Assembly (NCBI GenBank): GCA_002189035.1 | Contig: NEEC01000007.1 | Coordinates: forward strand, 3,162,001 to 3,226,000 | Direction: 5' to 3' | DNA from: Utricularia gibba | Taxonomy: Eukaryota; Plantae; Magnoliophyta | DNA: 64,000 nt | Shown here: piece by piece, positions 37,752-55,402 of the stretch | Numbering within the stretch: the first letter of the stretch is position 1 | Layout: every line of letters starts with the position of its first letter | Made by a program: the position numbers and the translations under genes | Notes under the pieces: generated by a model | What the model was told of the DNA's origin: nothing | The model's input: the letters and a program-made list of their open reading frames with translations, nothing else | Databases searched by the model: none

Positions 37752-38709
37752 GTCTTGGCTTGCGCCTGATATGTTTCCCTGTCACTCACTACACGGAAAT
37801 TATAAGCGTAGGCCTGATCGAAGATTTACGCTTTATACGTGGAGGCATGACCTGCTCTTCCAATGTTTTTTCCTCCATGCCCACGGAGATACATTCATGG
37901 AGGCATAAACTGCTTTTGTTTTTAAGATTGATAATTTCTCATAATATTTGCTGTTATTATAAAGTTTAGGTTGTTTCTATATTAGGTTATTCAGTAATAT
38001 TTTTAATTGTAATTTTGATATTGCTGTTTTTTTTAGTCAATGTTTTAAGGTGAAGATAATCTTTGAAAATTTATATTTGATTGTTGCTATTTTGTCGTGA
38101 ACAAAAAGCACTAGCATACAAGTTGTCGTGTTAGTAATAAATAATATTATTTTTAGTTATATTAATATTTTTTTGTTATATGAGGTATTATAAAATGGTT
38201 GTTTATCATATTTAATGAATACATTATATAGTATCAATTTTATGGAGAAAAAGGATATTGTCGATTAGGACAGGAATCCATGAACTTGCTGCTGTTTCTC
38301 GTTCCACTTGCAATACGTACAGTGTTGAATGGCTTAACGTGTTGCAATTGCAAAGCAGCATGATGACTTTGCTCTCTCGCTGTTCAGAATGCTTCCACGA
38401 TTCCCTGAACAAAATGGCATGTGAATGAAGGTCCTGAGAGTATGCAGGACCTTTGATCAACATTACTGCGTATGTACTTGTGGGTGCAGTAATAACCAGC
38501 ACTTCCGCTGCCGCGCAAGTGAGCACTGACTTGCTCGACACCAGGCTGGCCTGCCTCCCGTGGATTTCCTTGCTGGGTAGCATTGACAAATTACTATGCT
38601 TCTAACAACTTCAGAAACAGCAACAACAACAGCCATTTGGATATTGAATTAAGTTGGCAGTTGATCTCTCCACATGTCCTCCAACTCTTCGAAAGTGGGG
38701 TAGTATACT

Positions 38710-40500
38710 GGCGAAACAGATCACATAAATCCATCAGGACCAACAATTCACAAAATTGGCAACACCAACTGAATGGACACACACAATTATGCAACTGATG
38801 AAGAAGTGAAGAGTAGAGTGAGCAACAAAAAATGAGGATTCATTTAGACGGCAAAAGGTACTCTGTGTTTTAGTTTCAGAATTTAAATACATAGGCATAT
38901 ATATGGGTTCAACTATATACGCCAAATGAAGTGATCAAAATACTGATGAATTTTTTCAATCCAAAAAACAAACGTTTTTTTTTTCTTCACTTTCACTCTC
39001 ATTTCTCTCTTGCAACAGTCAGCGGTTCATGTCCTTTTCGTCTCCAACACTCCCCCTCGGATCAAGCACAATAAGCTTCTTAAAGTTCTCAACATCAATC
39101 AATTGGTGCTTCATCCTAATTTCTTCAACGTAAACATAACAATCTCTTTGTTCTTTATAAATTCTATGAGAACACGTAACTTGATTTTCATATGCTTTGC
39201 ATTGCTGAAATGCATAGGTTCCTTTACTATTGAAATAGCTGCCATAATATCAATCAACAATTCAGTTGTGTCTTTCTGTTGAAAAACCAGATCCTCAAGA
39301 ACCTGCCTCTGTGAGATGCAGAAATTAACTCCTTATGATGCTGATATGTATTTGACTTTTGCAATAGACTGGATAACCATGCTAGGGGACGACTGTTTAG
39401 GTAAAATATGATGCTGATGTGCTTTCAGCATCTTGTGATACTGCAAAATCATTGTCTAAGTAGCATTTCATTTCAATACCTTGATATTAATTGAATAAGG
39501 ATAGTAGAGCCCAAGATCTATTGTGTTTTTGATCTATTGGTTGCTTCATGAATCTTGATAAAATATTAACTGAATAATTGATATTGGATTTGGTTTGGAC
39601 CAAATAGATACAAATCCCTACTATGCTTATGTATGGTGTTAGATTGACATTTTTCCCATTTTTGCAATATGTCAAAACCATTTTATAATCGTTGAGAGTC
39701 TTAGTTGGTTTATATTCTTCCATTTCAAGATTCTAAATCAATTTATAGTGATTGTGAGAAATGAATATATATTTTCCAGAAGATAAAATAATTTTTATTT
39801 TCAAATAGAAAATCATCAAGTCAATATCATTTATTTTGAATTCACTTATGAGAAAATGCTTGAAATGTTGAGCCATTTTTGAGTTGTAAACTATGATTAA
39901 CAGATCATCAACATAGAGATTGATAATTCACACATTGTCCTCATCTCGTTTGACATACAGAGAAAAATCATGGTTCTCAAGCAATTGGCACCAATAAGGA
40001 ACGAATTAATTCGTTCATTTGAAGCTCTAGGATTTTGTATCATGTCTTTAATGATTTTTTGGTTACATTTTTTTCTTTTCTAGGTATCTCAAATCCAGAA
40101 GGTTGTAGCATGTTGTAAACTTCATGCAAAATCTCATTAAAGAAGGGTGTTTTAACTTCAAGGTGATGTACAAGCCACTTTAGATTAGTAGTAATAGCCA
40201 ATTTTATTTTAATTGCCTCAAACCTAAAAGCAGATGCAAAAATATCATGATAATTTACATCTTTAGCTTGAGAATATCATTTTACCACTAATCTTGCCTT
40301 ATACTTATTGATAAAGACATCACAATTCAATTTTGTTTTGTAAATTCACTTGAGCCTAATTGGTTTGAGGTCTTTTCTCATTGGCTGTTCAACTAATCTT
40401 CAAGTTAGATTTTCTTCAATAGATTTCAGCTCCTCATTCATGGCATAAAGTTTTTTTTACATCTTCTGAAAAGTCAAAATGATACCTCATATTCAAGCAT
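38710..40500 (-). mobile_element. Ty1/copia RT-RNase H relic with PPT and probable 3' LTR
   Basis: RT LYVDDLLI at ~39896-39922; RNase H PMHFSNAKHMKIK at ~39170-39220; PPT GAGGGGGAG followed by TGTTGG at 39048. The LTR's left boundary is uncertain. Confidence 0.75.
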
Positions 40501-42751
40501 GCTAGTATTGTAAATCAACTTGTTTTGTATTTTTAATTATATCAGATACATTTCTAATGCATGTGCCATCACATTCATCATCACTATAATCAGAATTATT
40601 AGAGAAATGAGTACTACTTTTACTATATTCATCATCATGTATTTTATAGTATTCTTCATATCACATATCCTGAATAAGAATCATAATAAATTTTATCATT
40701 CAATAATGTATAATTTCTTTCTATCTTCATCAAGAGTAACATGCATACTGATAATTCACAATTAAATATATATATATTATATATATGTATACATATATAA
40801 TATGAGTTGACTTTGGTCAAACTCAAGTAAAAAAATATTTGACTCGACTCGTATTCGTTAAATATGAATACGAACCACACATACACATTTTGTACAAGTC
40901 AACTCGTACTTATGCCTAGGACTAATGTCACTCACATCCTTGCATGCATACCATTTGATAATCTAATACCAAGAGACAGAAAACCCTCACAAAATATTAT
41001 GGTAATTTGTGATTTTAATCATGATATCACTTTTTGTCTAGAAGATGTATAAGATTATGAACATGATTTATGTATAATTAGAGAGACTATACAAAATAGA
41101 AGAAGGAAGTTTTCAATGCCACGAAATGGTGTACCCATTTTTAAATATTTTATGATAATAGAAATTACATGAATGATTATTATTGTTTTACGAGAAAATA
41201 CTATGTAATATACTTTGAATATTCAAACATGTTAAGATTTCTAACTCCTTATAAAGGCATACATTATCATCTTTCACAGTTTGCTAATACCTATTGCAAC
41301 CCGGGTGAGCTTTTCAATCATCATTATTTAAAACTACGTTTGATCATCGAAAGAATCATATGAATGTGGAAACAAAGTTATGCAGTATAACTTCTATAAA
41401 AAGAAAGACCGTTATTTTGACATAAGTGGCACTCGTATTACCTACGATAGTTGTACATGATTTCATTTGTTTGGTAAATAAAATAGATCCTACGTTTTGG
41501 AAATAGATAAATATAACAAAAAAAAGCTAGAGTAAGAATAGATGTTAGTGTGAATGAACTAATACATGATAAATATATAAATGGTATTAAAGATCAAGTC
41601 CATAGAGCTATTGTTCCTTGTAGAATTGTTCTACATCAATGCGAACATTAATTATTCAAGATTTTAGTATAAGTTAATTTTAGTAGAGGATTTTTGTTTG
41701 TTTTAGATGGCAAGTTTAGTTTTTAATTTTTTTATATTCTTTTTAAATGTGTTATAATATTATTAATTATTTAACACATATATTTATAATATTTATTTTA
41801 ATATATTCAGTTAATTTTAGTATTATATTTAAATGTTTTTCAATGATAATAACATTGTATTTAAAGTAGTATAATATTTGTACAAAGGTTAATTTATATA
41901 AATTATGTTTATTTGATTGATGTTTCACCAAATAATTTCATAGTCATATTCAATTAAATCTATGTTGATAGAACTACTATTTCAACTGATCTCATCTCAC
42001 CGTAAGTTTGGAACTACAATTCCAAACAACCCCAATGACTCCTTGATGGTCATATCAAGTGATATCAAAACCAATATTTGGTTTCTTGGTCACATATCCT
42101 TTTACATTCTTAATGTTATAAAAAAATATCTTTATTATATTATTTATTACTCTTTGTGGTAATAAAAAAGTGTGACTTTTCTTCTTTTGGTAGTATTTGT
42201 GTTCTTATTGATATTAAAAAAACAAAAAGTATATTTGAAGTAGAAAAGAAGGAGAATATTCTAATTTTATTGACTTTCCTACTTTAACAGCAATATTCTT
42301 TTTATTTAACAAGCAATCTTCTTTAAAAAAATGTTCTTATGGATATAATGCTAATGGAAACAAAGATAGAAAGGTTTATGATTCATTTTAAAAATCTAAC
42401 AAATGTTGGACAAAAAAAATTAGGTAACCTTGATATTAGTAAAAAAATGGGAGAGAATTTTTATATAAAACCATAAGTTAGAGAGATTGTTCATTGGTTG
42501 ATTGGTTTGTCAAACATACCATTTTTTTATTACAACAAACATAGTAATGATATTATTATTATCTCTTTAAAATAGAGTGAAAGTAAATATTTATTTCATA
42601 GCTCCAGACGGGAAGACGCCCAAATTTCACTACCGATTTCACACCACTCAGCTTTATTTATTTTATTAAATAAAACACAAGGGTGAATAAAAATTAATAA
42701 AAAAAAAAGAAAAGAACAGGCGAAGGGACGGTTGTGAAATACTGGTGGCTT

Positions 42752-42780
42752 GGCGGGAAAACTGAGAGCATTTTCCCGCC
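42752..42780 (+). promoter_or_regulatory. Paired E2F-binding sites in the MCM6 promoter
   Basis: GGCGGGAAAA (42752-42761) and TTTTCCCGCC (42771-42780) form a perfect inverted pair matching the plant E2F consensus. MCM genes are established E2F targets. Confidence 0.8.
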
Positions 42781-42959
42781 GCATTCTTCACGATAGGGCA
42801 TGGGAACCATAACCACCAACCGTAATTCGCCGTTCCTGCCTGTGGTTAGCATCGCCGGCGACGGGTCCGCCGGAATCTAGGGTCCTACGAAACCGTTGGG
42901 CACCCAATCTTCTTTCTGTGGCAGGATATCAAAGGATTCAATTTCAGGGACTCACAGAA

Positions 42960-46881
<3,922 letters not shown>

Positions 46882-48779
46882 CCATATACTGTCATTTTTA
46901 GGTAGGCGGGATTTGTGATTTCAATCAATATATTATTACTGCATCTTTATCAATTTCCGAAAGCCATTAAAGCCACTTCAGTTTTATTAAGTTCTCGGCA
47001 CCCAACAAATCACATTTTTTTTCCTGTATAACAATTTTTGGAGACTATTCTTTTATAAAATATTATTATAATTATAACTAGGTAAAATCATATTTTTGGT
47101 ATATCAAATTTGCCAAAAGTTACCCCCATAATGTATCGTGTTTAAAAAATTATGAAAAAATCCATCACGTTGCAAAAAATATTGAAATAGTTTCTTGTTT
47201 CAAAAGTTAGCTTAACAATGCATTATTAAAAATGATTTAAACAAGACATCACGTCTCAAAAATTACACTATTTGAGCATCACGTTTAAGACATTACTTTC
47301 TTTTCACAAATTATTTTGTTAATGTATCGCATTTTAAAAAGTAATTCTGACAATGTGAACGTTTCAAAAATGATAGTTTTGGTTTTTTAATTTTACAAAA
47401 ATCAATACATTTTAAAAATTATGAAATCAAATTTGTATGATATATATTTTAAAGATACATTTCTATAAAATTATATATATTATTTTGACAACATTTTGAA
47501 TTTTAAATTTTTACTTTAAATATACAACAAATTTAGTTAAAAATTCACCCGATATTATAAAAATACGAAATCACTTTTATTTGAAAACTACATTTCATAA
47601 GTATCTTCTAAAAAAAGTTAGTTTCAATCCAATATTATGAAATTTCATATTTTGCTTTGATATCGATTAAATAAAATATGTTCATTATTTAAAGAATGAA
47701 TTTAAAATAGATCATATTCACATGTCAAATATTTAAATCCACGTGTAAATCATTTAGTAATGAAAAATGGTATAAAATATTTAAATAATCATTTGCACCT
47801 AACATTCCAAAAAAATATATCAAATCTAAATATCTTCAAAAGCTACTACTACTAACATGATAGTATATTTATAATTTTCTCCACATTTAAAGTTGTATTG
47901 TCATGCTACTTGGAATTTTTTTCATCCTAATACATACAATCTACAATTCCAATCATTCGGAAGTCTCTAGATTCCCCCCATGCTAACAAGCATTCCAAGT
48001 TTTATACCATTAGTATTGTCAAATATTAATCTGCAAAACAAGAGCAAATAATAATAACAAAATGATGAATGCATTGAAGAGAAGTCATTTCTCTAATCCT
48101 GATATATTCATCAACATTATTAATACTATATCTATGTATCGACATTCAAATGACTGCCATGTACTTTTGTGAAGTGTTCAAGCTTAGATAACCAATGAAG
48201 TCTAATTTATCTTAAAAACACGAATGTCAATGTCACAATTTTGATTATTCACTCAAATAAAAAAAAACATTTCATACAAAATCATCTTCAAAATTGCTTA
48301 TGTGTATGTTGCATCATTACAAAAATAATCAGCCACCTTTTTTCATGGCCACATTCGTGGTTATACTCAATATATTGTTGTGGTAGTGGTTGTTTAGAGG
48401 TTTGTTATTGCTATTCATTGAAGTCATTGGAAAGATTGAATCCTTATTGCATAATTGATTTGTAATCTATATCATCTTCTGCAAACGTATATATTAAAAG
48501 TGTTTGCTTGATCTGAATCAATGTTTGAGAAAATAGAGAATATCTATTTATTTATAAATAATAAATTTACCTACCAATTTAATTTTTAATTACTATATGA
48601 TAATTGATTTTGTATCATTTTAAAATATGTTCTTTCATTACTTTTGAGTGTTATTTTTGCTTATTTTAAACTCCACTTTCTCGTTATTTTCAATTGATTT
48701 GTATTTTTTACATTACTTTGATCTTTTTGAAAATAAATTATATTTTATAAATTTTTAAGGTATTTTTGAATCAATTTGA

Positions 48780-49130
48780 GGATAAATAAATACTCAACAA
48801 ATTATGGGTTTGATAAGTCACGAATCTTAGCCCAAGACTCAATTAAAGGATAAGGACTTGGTTTAAGATTCATCGATAAAATAAAGAATTGAAAATGATC
48901 TTGGAAGATCTTATTCAAACCCATCAAACAAACCCAATATGTCAAATTTGCTCTATTATAAATACTCCATTTTCTAAATCATTAGAAACATTTTTGGATC
49001 AATTTTCCTTTGTATTTTTTTCTATTTTCGTGTTTATTTTCATGTTAGAGTCAAACATACGTATGTAGGCATTTGTGGCTAAAGATTTTTGGTAACGTCT
49101 TACTTGCGCAAGTTCTGCACATGTGACTAA
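48780..49130. repeat. Dispersed LTR-like repeat, copy 2 (inverted relative to 34430-34800)
   Basis: Block matches to the reverse complement of copy 1; TATA-like TATTATAAATACTCC. Confidence 0.6.
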
Positions 49131-50118
49131 TTTACCATATTTTTTATATTTAATTTGATGTTTGATTCTATTTTTTGCAAAGTTTTTTTTACCAACATGC
49201 CATTTAGTATTATATAACCCAATGAAATGTGGGAAAATCTCAGATTAGTCTCAAGCACCTAAGAAAAATAACTCAATCGAACATTGTTAGTGAGGTACAT
49301 TAGGTACATTCTATCTAATTTGTCTGCAAGGTGTAAGGTGTAGGGATTAAATTTGAGTATGAGAAAAGCATAAATTATCACAAAAGGAGAAATGACTCTA
49401 ATAATATAATTGATTCTATAATCTCATTAAATGATAAATGGTGATATAATAGTTATCGAGTATCATTATTTTAGAATAATACTTTTAAAATTTACACAAA
49501 TAGATCAATCCTTAAGGTTTACATATATAGGTATAGTCAAATTTTGAATAAGATAGATTCTAGATCTAAAGCCACTTTTTATGTTGTTTTTAAAACTAAA
49601 CTTTTGCTTTATTTTCATTTTTTTGAGTTATTGTTTTGAAAGAAAATTCTAATAACATTTTACTATAAATATAATCTTATTTTATTTTTTCAATGGATTT
49701 TGTACAATTGCATAATTATCATCATTAAATTCAATTTTTGTCTTCTATATTCAATTCCCATATATTTATTCATTTCTCAACTACCATATTCAAGTCTATA
49801 TGTGAAGTCATATTCATTTGTATACTTCTGCCATAAAAAATTTTCAAAACATAATACCCAAAATTCAATTCATACCATACAATGGTTCTCCATCAAAACA
49901 AGTGACTTAGTTCAACTTAATACATTAAAACACAAGTCAAATGCATCAAAACAAGTGAACTTAATTCAATCTAATACATAAAACATAAGTGAAATACATG
50001 AAAAAAATACATCTATTTCAATTTTTATCAGAAAGGTTCACTTAGAGATTATCTTCCCGCATCTAGAAAGTGCTATAAGATTCGTTGGATAATTTAGTAT
50101 TTGCAATGCCATAATATG

Positions 50119-50475
50119 CTAAATCATGCATTGATATATCTGATTGAATTGCCACAATAAGTGATTCGTTTGGCAACATTCTTGAATCATTTCCCTCATA
50201 CCTTTCAAATAATCATTTATGACTGAAATGTCTCTAAATCTCCCATCATGTTTTTCCTTTATCTTATATTTTACTGCTTTTTTCCCTAATGATCTTTCTT
50301 CTTGTATTGAATCCGGTGAAGGACTGTCTTGATTCAATGAAGAAATATTGATTGAATCCAAGTTTTTAGGAGGTTTGTTTGATAATCCCATTGCCTTGAA
50401 AAAATACAAATAAACTATGAACAAAGTATTTACACAATAATGATCAACATAAGGAAAGTTTATACCGATTCCCAT
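50119..50475 (-). mobile_element. PIF/Harbinger Myb/NAM-associated ORF relic
   Basis: Translation ...SPDSIQEERSLGKKAVKYKIK resembles the ERPxGxKAAK tail of Harbinger ORF2 proteins. Confidence 0.35.
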
Positions 50476-50991
50476 TTCGGCTCATGGCATAAAACCTCCT
50501 AGTCTTTCATATTGAGGAAGACTTTCTTTTGCTCGGTTTTGCTAACATTAATGACTCATATTATCTCACTTTCTTCTTATAGTGTCTGTAGTACTCAAAA
50601 TGGTTGTTTGTGATGCATGATAATAATCTACAATATTTAGTCAAAGACTATTCCCTTTTTAAAATGTTAGTTTTTCAGAATCTTTACTCACATTTAACTA
50701 AACCCAAACAAGAATAATTTTGTCTTCATTACACCACCCTTGAGATACCAATATTCTATTGACCATTTACTTTATTGTCTTCTCACCACCTAAGTGTATA
50801 CAACAAAAATAAATACAGATCATCAAAACTAAACAAAAAATACCAAGAAAATATATACACATTCCCAATAACACTGGGAAATCAAATTAAGATGCCCTTA
50901 TACTGTGTGGATGTCAAGTGGGGCTTTTTCTAAAATTAAGATAAATATTGGGGCCACATATCGAAATAATAGTAATACTGAAAAGTGAAGC

Positions 50992-53900
50992 CTACTCCAC
51001 GATCTTCCTGAACTTCATACTTGCCTCATCCAGAACCGCCATTTGCTTTCTTTTTTGGGAAAACTTGGGGGCATCCGCGAACTGAGAAGCAGTTTTAGCG
51101 CGCAGGTCCTCCAGAGTCTCTCCTTCCTTCGCCAGTTCCAGAACCTGCAACACCAAAGCCGAAGCCAATCAAACAAGGGAGCGGTTCAGTGGCCGCTGCG
51201 TGATCCTCCAGCACTTACCAAGTGACGACCGTAGAGATGTGTATTTGAAAGAGCCTCCAGCGCACTGCGTGCTTCTTGCTTCGTCACATACTCCACGAAC
51301 GCGAAGCCTCTGTGCTTCCCAATCCGCGTGGGCAGCCGCAATCTCTTTATCTGCAGGGGTCCAGATTCAGCTGGTTGGATAAGTACGCATCCCCAGCGTC
51401 AGATAGACTACAGAAGGAAACTGGGAGTTTGGCCCAACTTGGGATATTGCGTACCTGACCGAATGGAGAGAAAAGTTGTTTAAGATCCTTTTCTGTGGCC
51501 TCAAAAGCTACATTTTTCACGATCAGTTTCGTGGAGCTGTCAGTTTTGGTCTTGGGCAACGACTCGTCCTTTTTAACATGGCACAGTTGTAATAAAAGAG
51601 CATGCCCATCTAGAACAGTTCCCTGCAAAAGAAACAGTACATGGTTTGGAAAGCTGCTGAAAGAGGGAGAGGGTGCGTGATCCATTGTCGTCAACCATGT
51701 AACCTGCAGGTCCTTGCAAGCCTTCACCGCAGAGTCCACGGAATCAAACTCCAGGAAGCCGAACCCCATGGAGACATTCTTCCCGTTTTTTAGATGCTTC
51801 TTCACCTGTAGTGAAGTAAAAACCAGTAAGGAAGAAGGATGTAACGGCCATTAACAAACTGAAAAAGGAATACTATACCCTGGCACTGAGTATCTTTCCT
51901 TCCTTCATATGCTCCAGGAAATGTGCTTTCAAGTTCTCCTCAGAAGTTCTGAAGTTTAGGTTCTTGACATACAGCGAACGTGACTGCAATGGAAGGCAGA
52001 GATGACTTCAGGAATTCTGGATAATAAAGTAATGACACCATGTTGTGCAGTTTATATTCTGGGTAATATACGTGTTGCAGGTGGCTTGTTGCAGCACACG
52101 GAAAAAAATAAAAAGTTTAAGAATGCACTGCAACCATAGCTACCTCAACTCGATCTGGATCAATATCTGCATCTTCTACTGACCCAACTTCCCGCTCTAG
52201 CAAAGCCCTCCTCAAATTAACATCACCCGAGATTTTGCTATCGTTGGGAGGTGAATCTTGATTGAGAATATCAGCAGGTGCCCATTCCAGGTACAGTGGC
52301 CTGTCCCTGAGATTACAGAAGCCAATTTAAAAATGAAGCATCACACGCATGCACACACAACCAGCATATTCACCAACTGCCAAACCCCAAGGCACTGAAA
52401 CAACTCAAATCACCAGCAAATTCACCAAGGCATAAAAGACTTCCTAGAGCAGTAAAACTCAAATCATCTAAAATTTCTTTGATGATATTATCACTTAAGC
52501 CACCGAAAAAACTTACTTGTAGCGCTTGTATGCTAAACCCTTGAAAGCAGCACGAGCTTCTGCGGGCTCTAGAAAGATGGCCTGGTTATTATAATGTTCA
52601 GAAAGCACAAAATTAGTATTTGAGACAAGTAAATTCCACAGTAGTTCCATCACTAAAATATTGACAAAAAATAGTCATAAATGAACTTATCCTTTAAGAA
52701 AAAAGGAAAGAAATAATTCATTGTGGTATATTCAGCATATGCACATAGGTTAAGGAAGCAGAACTGGGATACCATTGTGGGTGCTTTGCTTTGACTATTT
52801 TTACATCAAGTAGTTAAAACAAGAACCTACAATTAAACGAATGGCACAGGTACAAAAAAAACAAACCCCTTACCAAAGCCAAGGTTTTAGTACGAGGCAA
52901 AATAATTTTGTCCAAGCTGCCAAATTTGCTGAACATATCTGATAGTTCGCTTTCCATGGAAACATAAGGCAAATTTTTCACCAGAATGACATGGTTGCTT
53001 CTTTTGAAGCCATCAGTTCTACCAGCAGCGCATTCCTCCAGCAAGGAGACATTAACACCAGCAGATGCCAGGGCCTTTTTTGTCTCAGCAATAACCTGGG
53101 TCTCTCCTAGTGCAATTTTCACAGCAAGTTCATCGGACTCTCTGTCTAACAGTTCACTTTTACTGATTCCAACCTTTCTTGCAATGTTTTCAACAACCTG
53201 CAATGATAAAGAATCCAACGTTGTAACAATAGCAAGCCTCTTCACAATAATGAATCAGTAAGAAGGAAAAAAGCTTGAACCAGTCCATATTTTCATGCGC
53301 ATCAAAAGAAGAAGAGTATCATATGCGAAACAAATCACCATCTAGGGGGCATTGAACTTACAGTATCTGGGTGCATAAACATACTGTTCCATGCTCGTGT
53401 ATTTCCACTTGCTTCTGATGCTTTTCTTTCGGATTTTCTCTGTTGCTTGAAAGTTTTTGGATAAAGCTTGTCATCACTGTCACTCACGTCAAATGAGGCA
53501 GTATCAATACACTCTCCAAGAAAAGGGCAGTGAATTCTACATGAACTAATACCTTTGAACATCAGGAAAATGGACTTTCTGTTTAGCAGGCATAACATGC
53601 AATAGCCGCCCTTGGAAAATGGAACAATCCATTTCTTCGAGCGCACTGGGAGTAAGCAACAAAAATAAGAAATAACATAAGCAAATAAATTAACATATCT
53701 AAAACTGGATATCATAGAGTGTTGTTATAGACTCAACGGGGTTCACTTAAAAAATGAAGAAGAACAAGAAAGAGCACAAGTTTTCCTCATAGCATTCGAA
53801 GACAGTTTGATGTGAGAAAGACATCAGCCAACAGTAGAATTTTATTATTAGTATACAACTGTATGTCTGCTCCATGACGCTTTTTTATTCAACTGATGAA

Positions 53901-55402
53901 TTTTACCTTGCAGCGGATTCTGGAAGAGCAAACTGAATGTAACCAATTCCCTTGGAGTGCCTTGTAGTCTTATCTATAACAATATGAACCTGCGATATGG
54001 CACCATACTTTCTAAAATGCTCTTCCAGCTCTTCCTCGCTGTCCCAAATTACAGTGTCAGTGAAACAGCAATGAATTAGCAAGGACACTTTCAAAGTCGT
54101 GAGTGCAAACACAACTTATGTGCAAGGATTCAAATACACGTGTTCGTGGCAAGCATGCTAAAAAAAAATAAGATGCTGCAATACACAGAAGAATCTTAGG
54201 ATGAACCAAAAATCATGGCACACATACGTTGCAGTATATGGAAGGTTGCGAATGAAGAGGCGGCCAGACTCCAAAACCTCATTTTTTTCCTCAGGACTTG
54301 AAGTATCTGCCATGTCATTAATCTTTTGTTCTGCAGAAAATTCATATTCGGCCTTCACTTCAGGAACATCAAGTTCAAGTTCGTTCCTCAAAGGGTCATT
54401 ACAAGGTTTTTCCTGAGAACCATGAGAGCTTCTGTCATCAGCAGCATCCTCACTGTCAGTGCTTTCGGAATCTGACCATCCCTTCTTGATTCTGCTCTTA
54501 AAATAATCAGCATCTGAAACAAATTCGTCATTGATAGGATTCTGCATCTCCTGTTCATCATTTACTCTCCTCCCATCAACATCAGCTTCATCAGGCTCAG
54601 AAAAATTTTTATTTATTTTTGGTATCTCCTGTTTAGTATCTAAAGCGTTATTACATTGGCCAACTAAGGGAATAGGAGCTGCAATTGTATCGTCCGCCCA
54701 CACTTTAGACATGCTACGGTGCTGCATGACCTCAAGGAACTCTTGAAGTTGGGGGTCGTCCTTAACATTTTCCTCCTTATTCTGTTGTTTGCGTTCCACG
54801 ACCTTTGCACCACTCGACTTCTTCTCTCCTGAAGAGTTTTCCTTTTTCGTCGAGTGACGACTCCAAGGGCGTGGGATGTTAGAATCTCCAACTTTCAACG
54901 CAATCTAGCATGTAGTACGAAGAGTCACAAGCGGGAATTTCCTTTAAATTCTAATGAACAACACAATACATTTCACAGAAAAACCACAATGTGAAGATGC
55001 CTGGTGCAAACCTCACAGCTGATTCTGAAAGCATCCATGAAAGACTTGTTGAAGTATTTAATAGCCTCCTCTGCCTCACGCTCTGTCCTATAACCTACAA
55101 ACCCAAATTGCCTGCTCCTTCCGTCTCTGCACCAATACTGAAGGTTAAGTAAAAAACTACAACAAAATACAAAAAGAAAACGCCGATGACAGCAACATTA
55201 TTACTTGGTACGCATAACTTTGGCATCCGTTACTTCCCCTTTCTGCGAGAAAAAATCTCTGAGGCGGTCCTCAGACACATGCTTCGGCAGGTTTTTCACG
55301 CAAATTCGTGACCTTCAAAGACCATCAGAAACTATAATCCAAGGGAAGCGTTCTTTTTTATTTTGCTATTGCAGAAAAATGAAAGCACGAATCAACTTAC
55401 AT
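50992..55402 (-). CDS. RBM19: Multiple RNA-binding domain-containing protein 1 (RBM19/MRD1, 18S rRNA processing)
   Basis: [13 protein letters not shown]...DAKVMRT; [11 protein letters not shown]; [12 protein letters not shown]; [17 protein letters not shown]; [12 protein letters not shown]; SMGFGFLEF; [13 protein letters not shown]; C-terminus [20 protein letters not shown]. The ATG is split AT|G by intron 55313-55400. Confidence 0.94.

Noticed and set aside
38224-38925. Cluster of short minus- and plus-strand ORFs
   Set aside because: All frames contain stops and I recognise no domain. The right part is probably copia LTR and the left part an unidentified decayed fragment.
47050-47420. Possible Mutator-like MITE downstream of MCM6
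   Set aside because: I could not pair terminal inverted repeats or find a TSD by eye.
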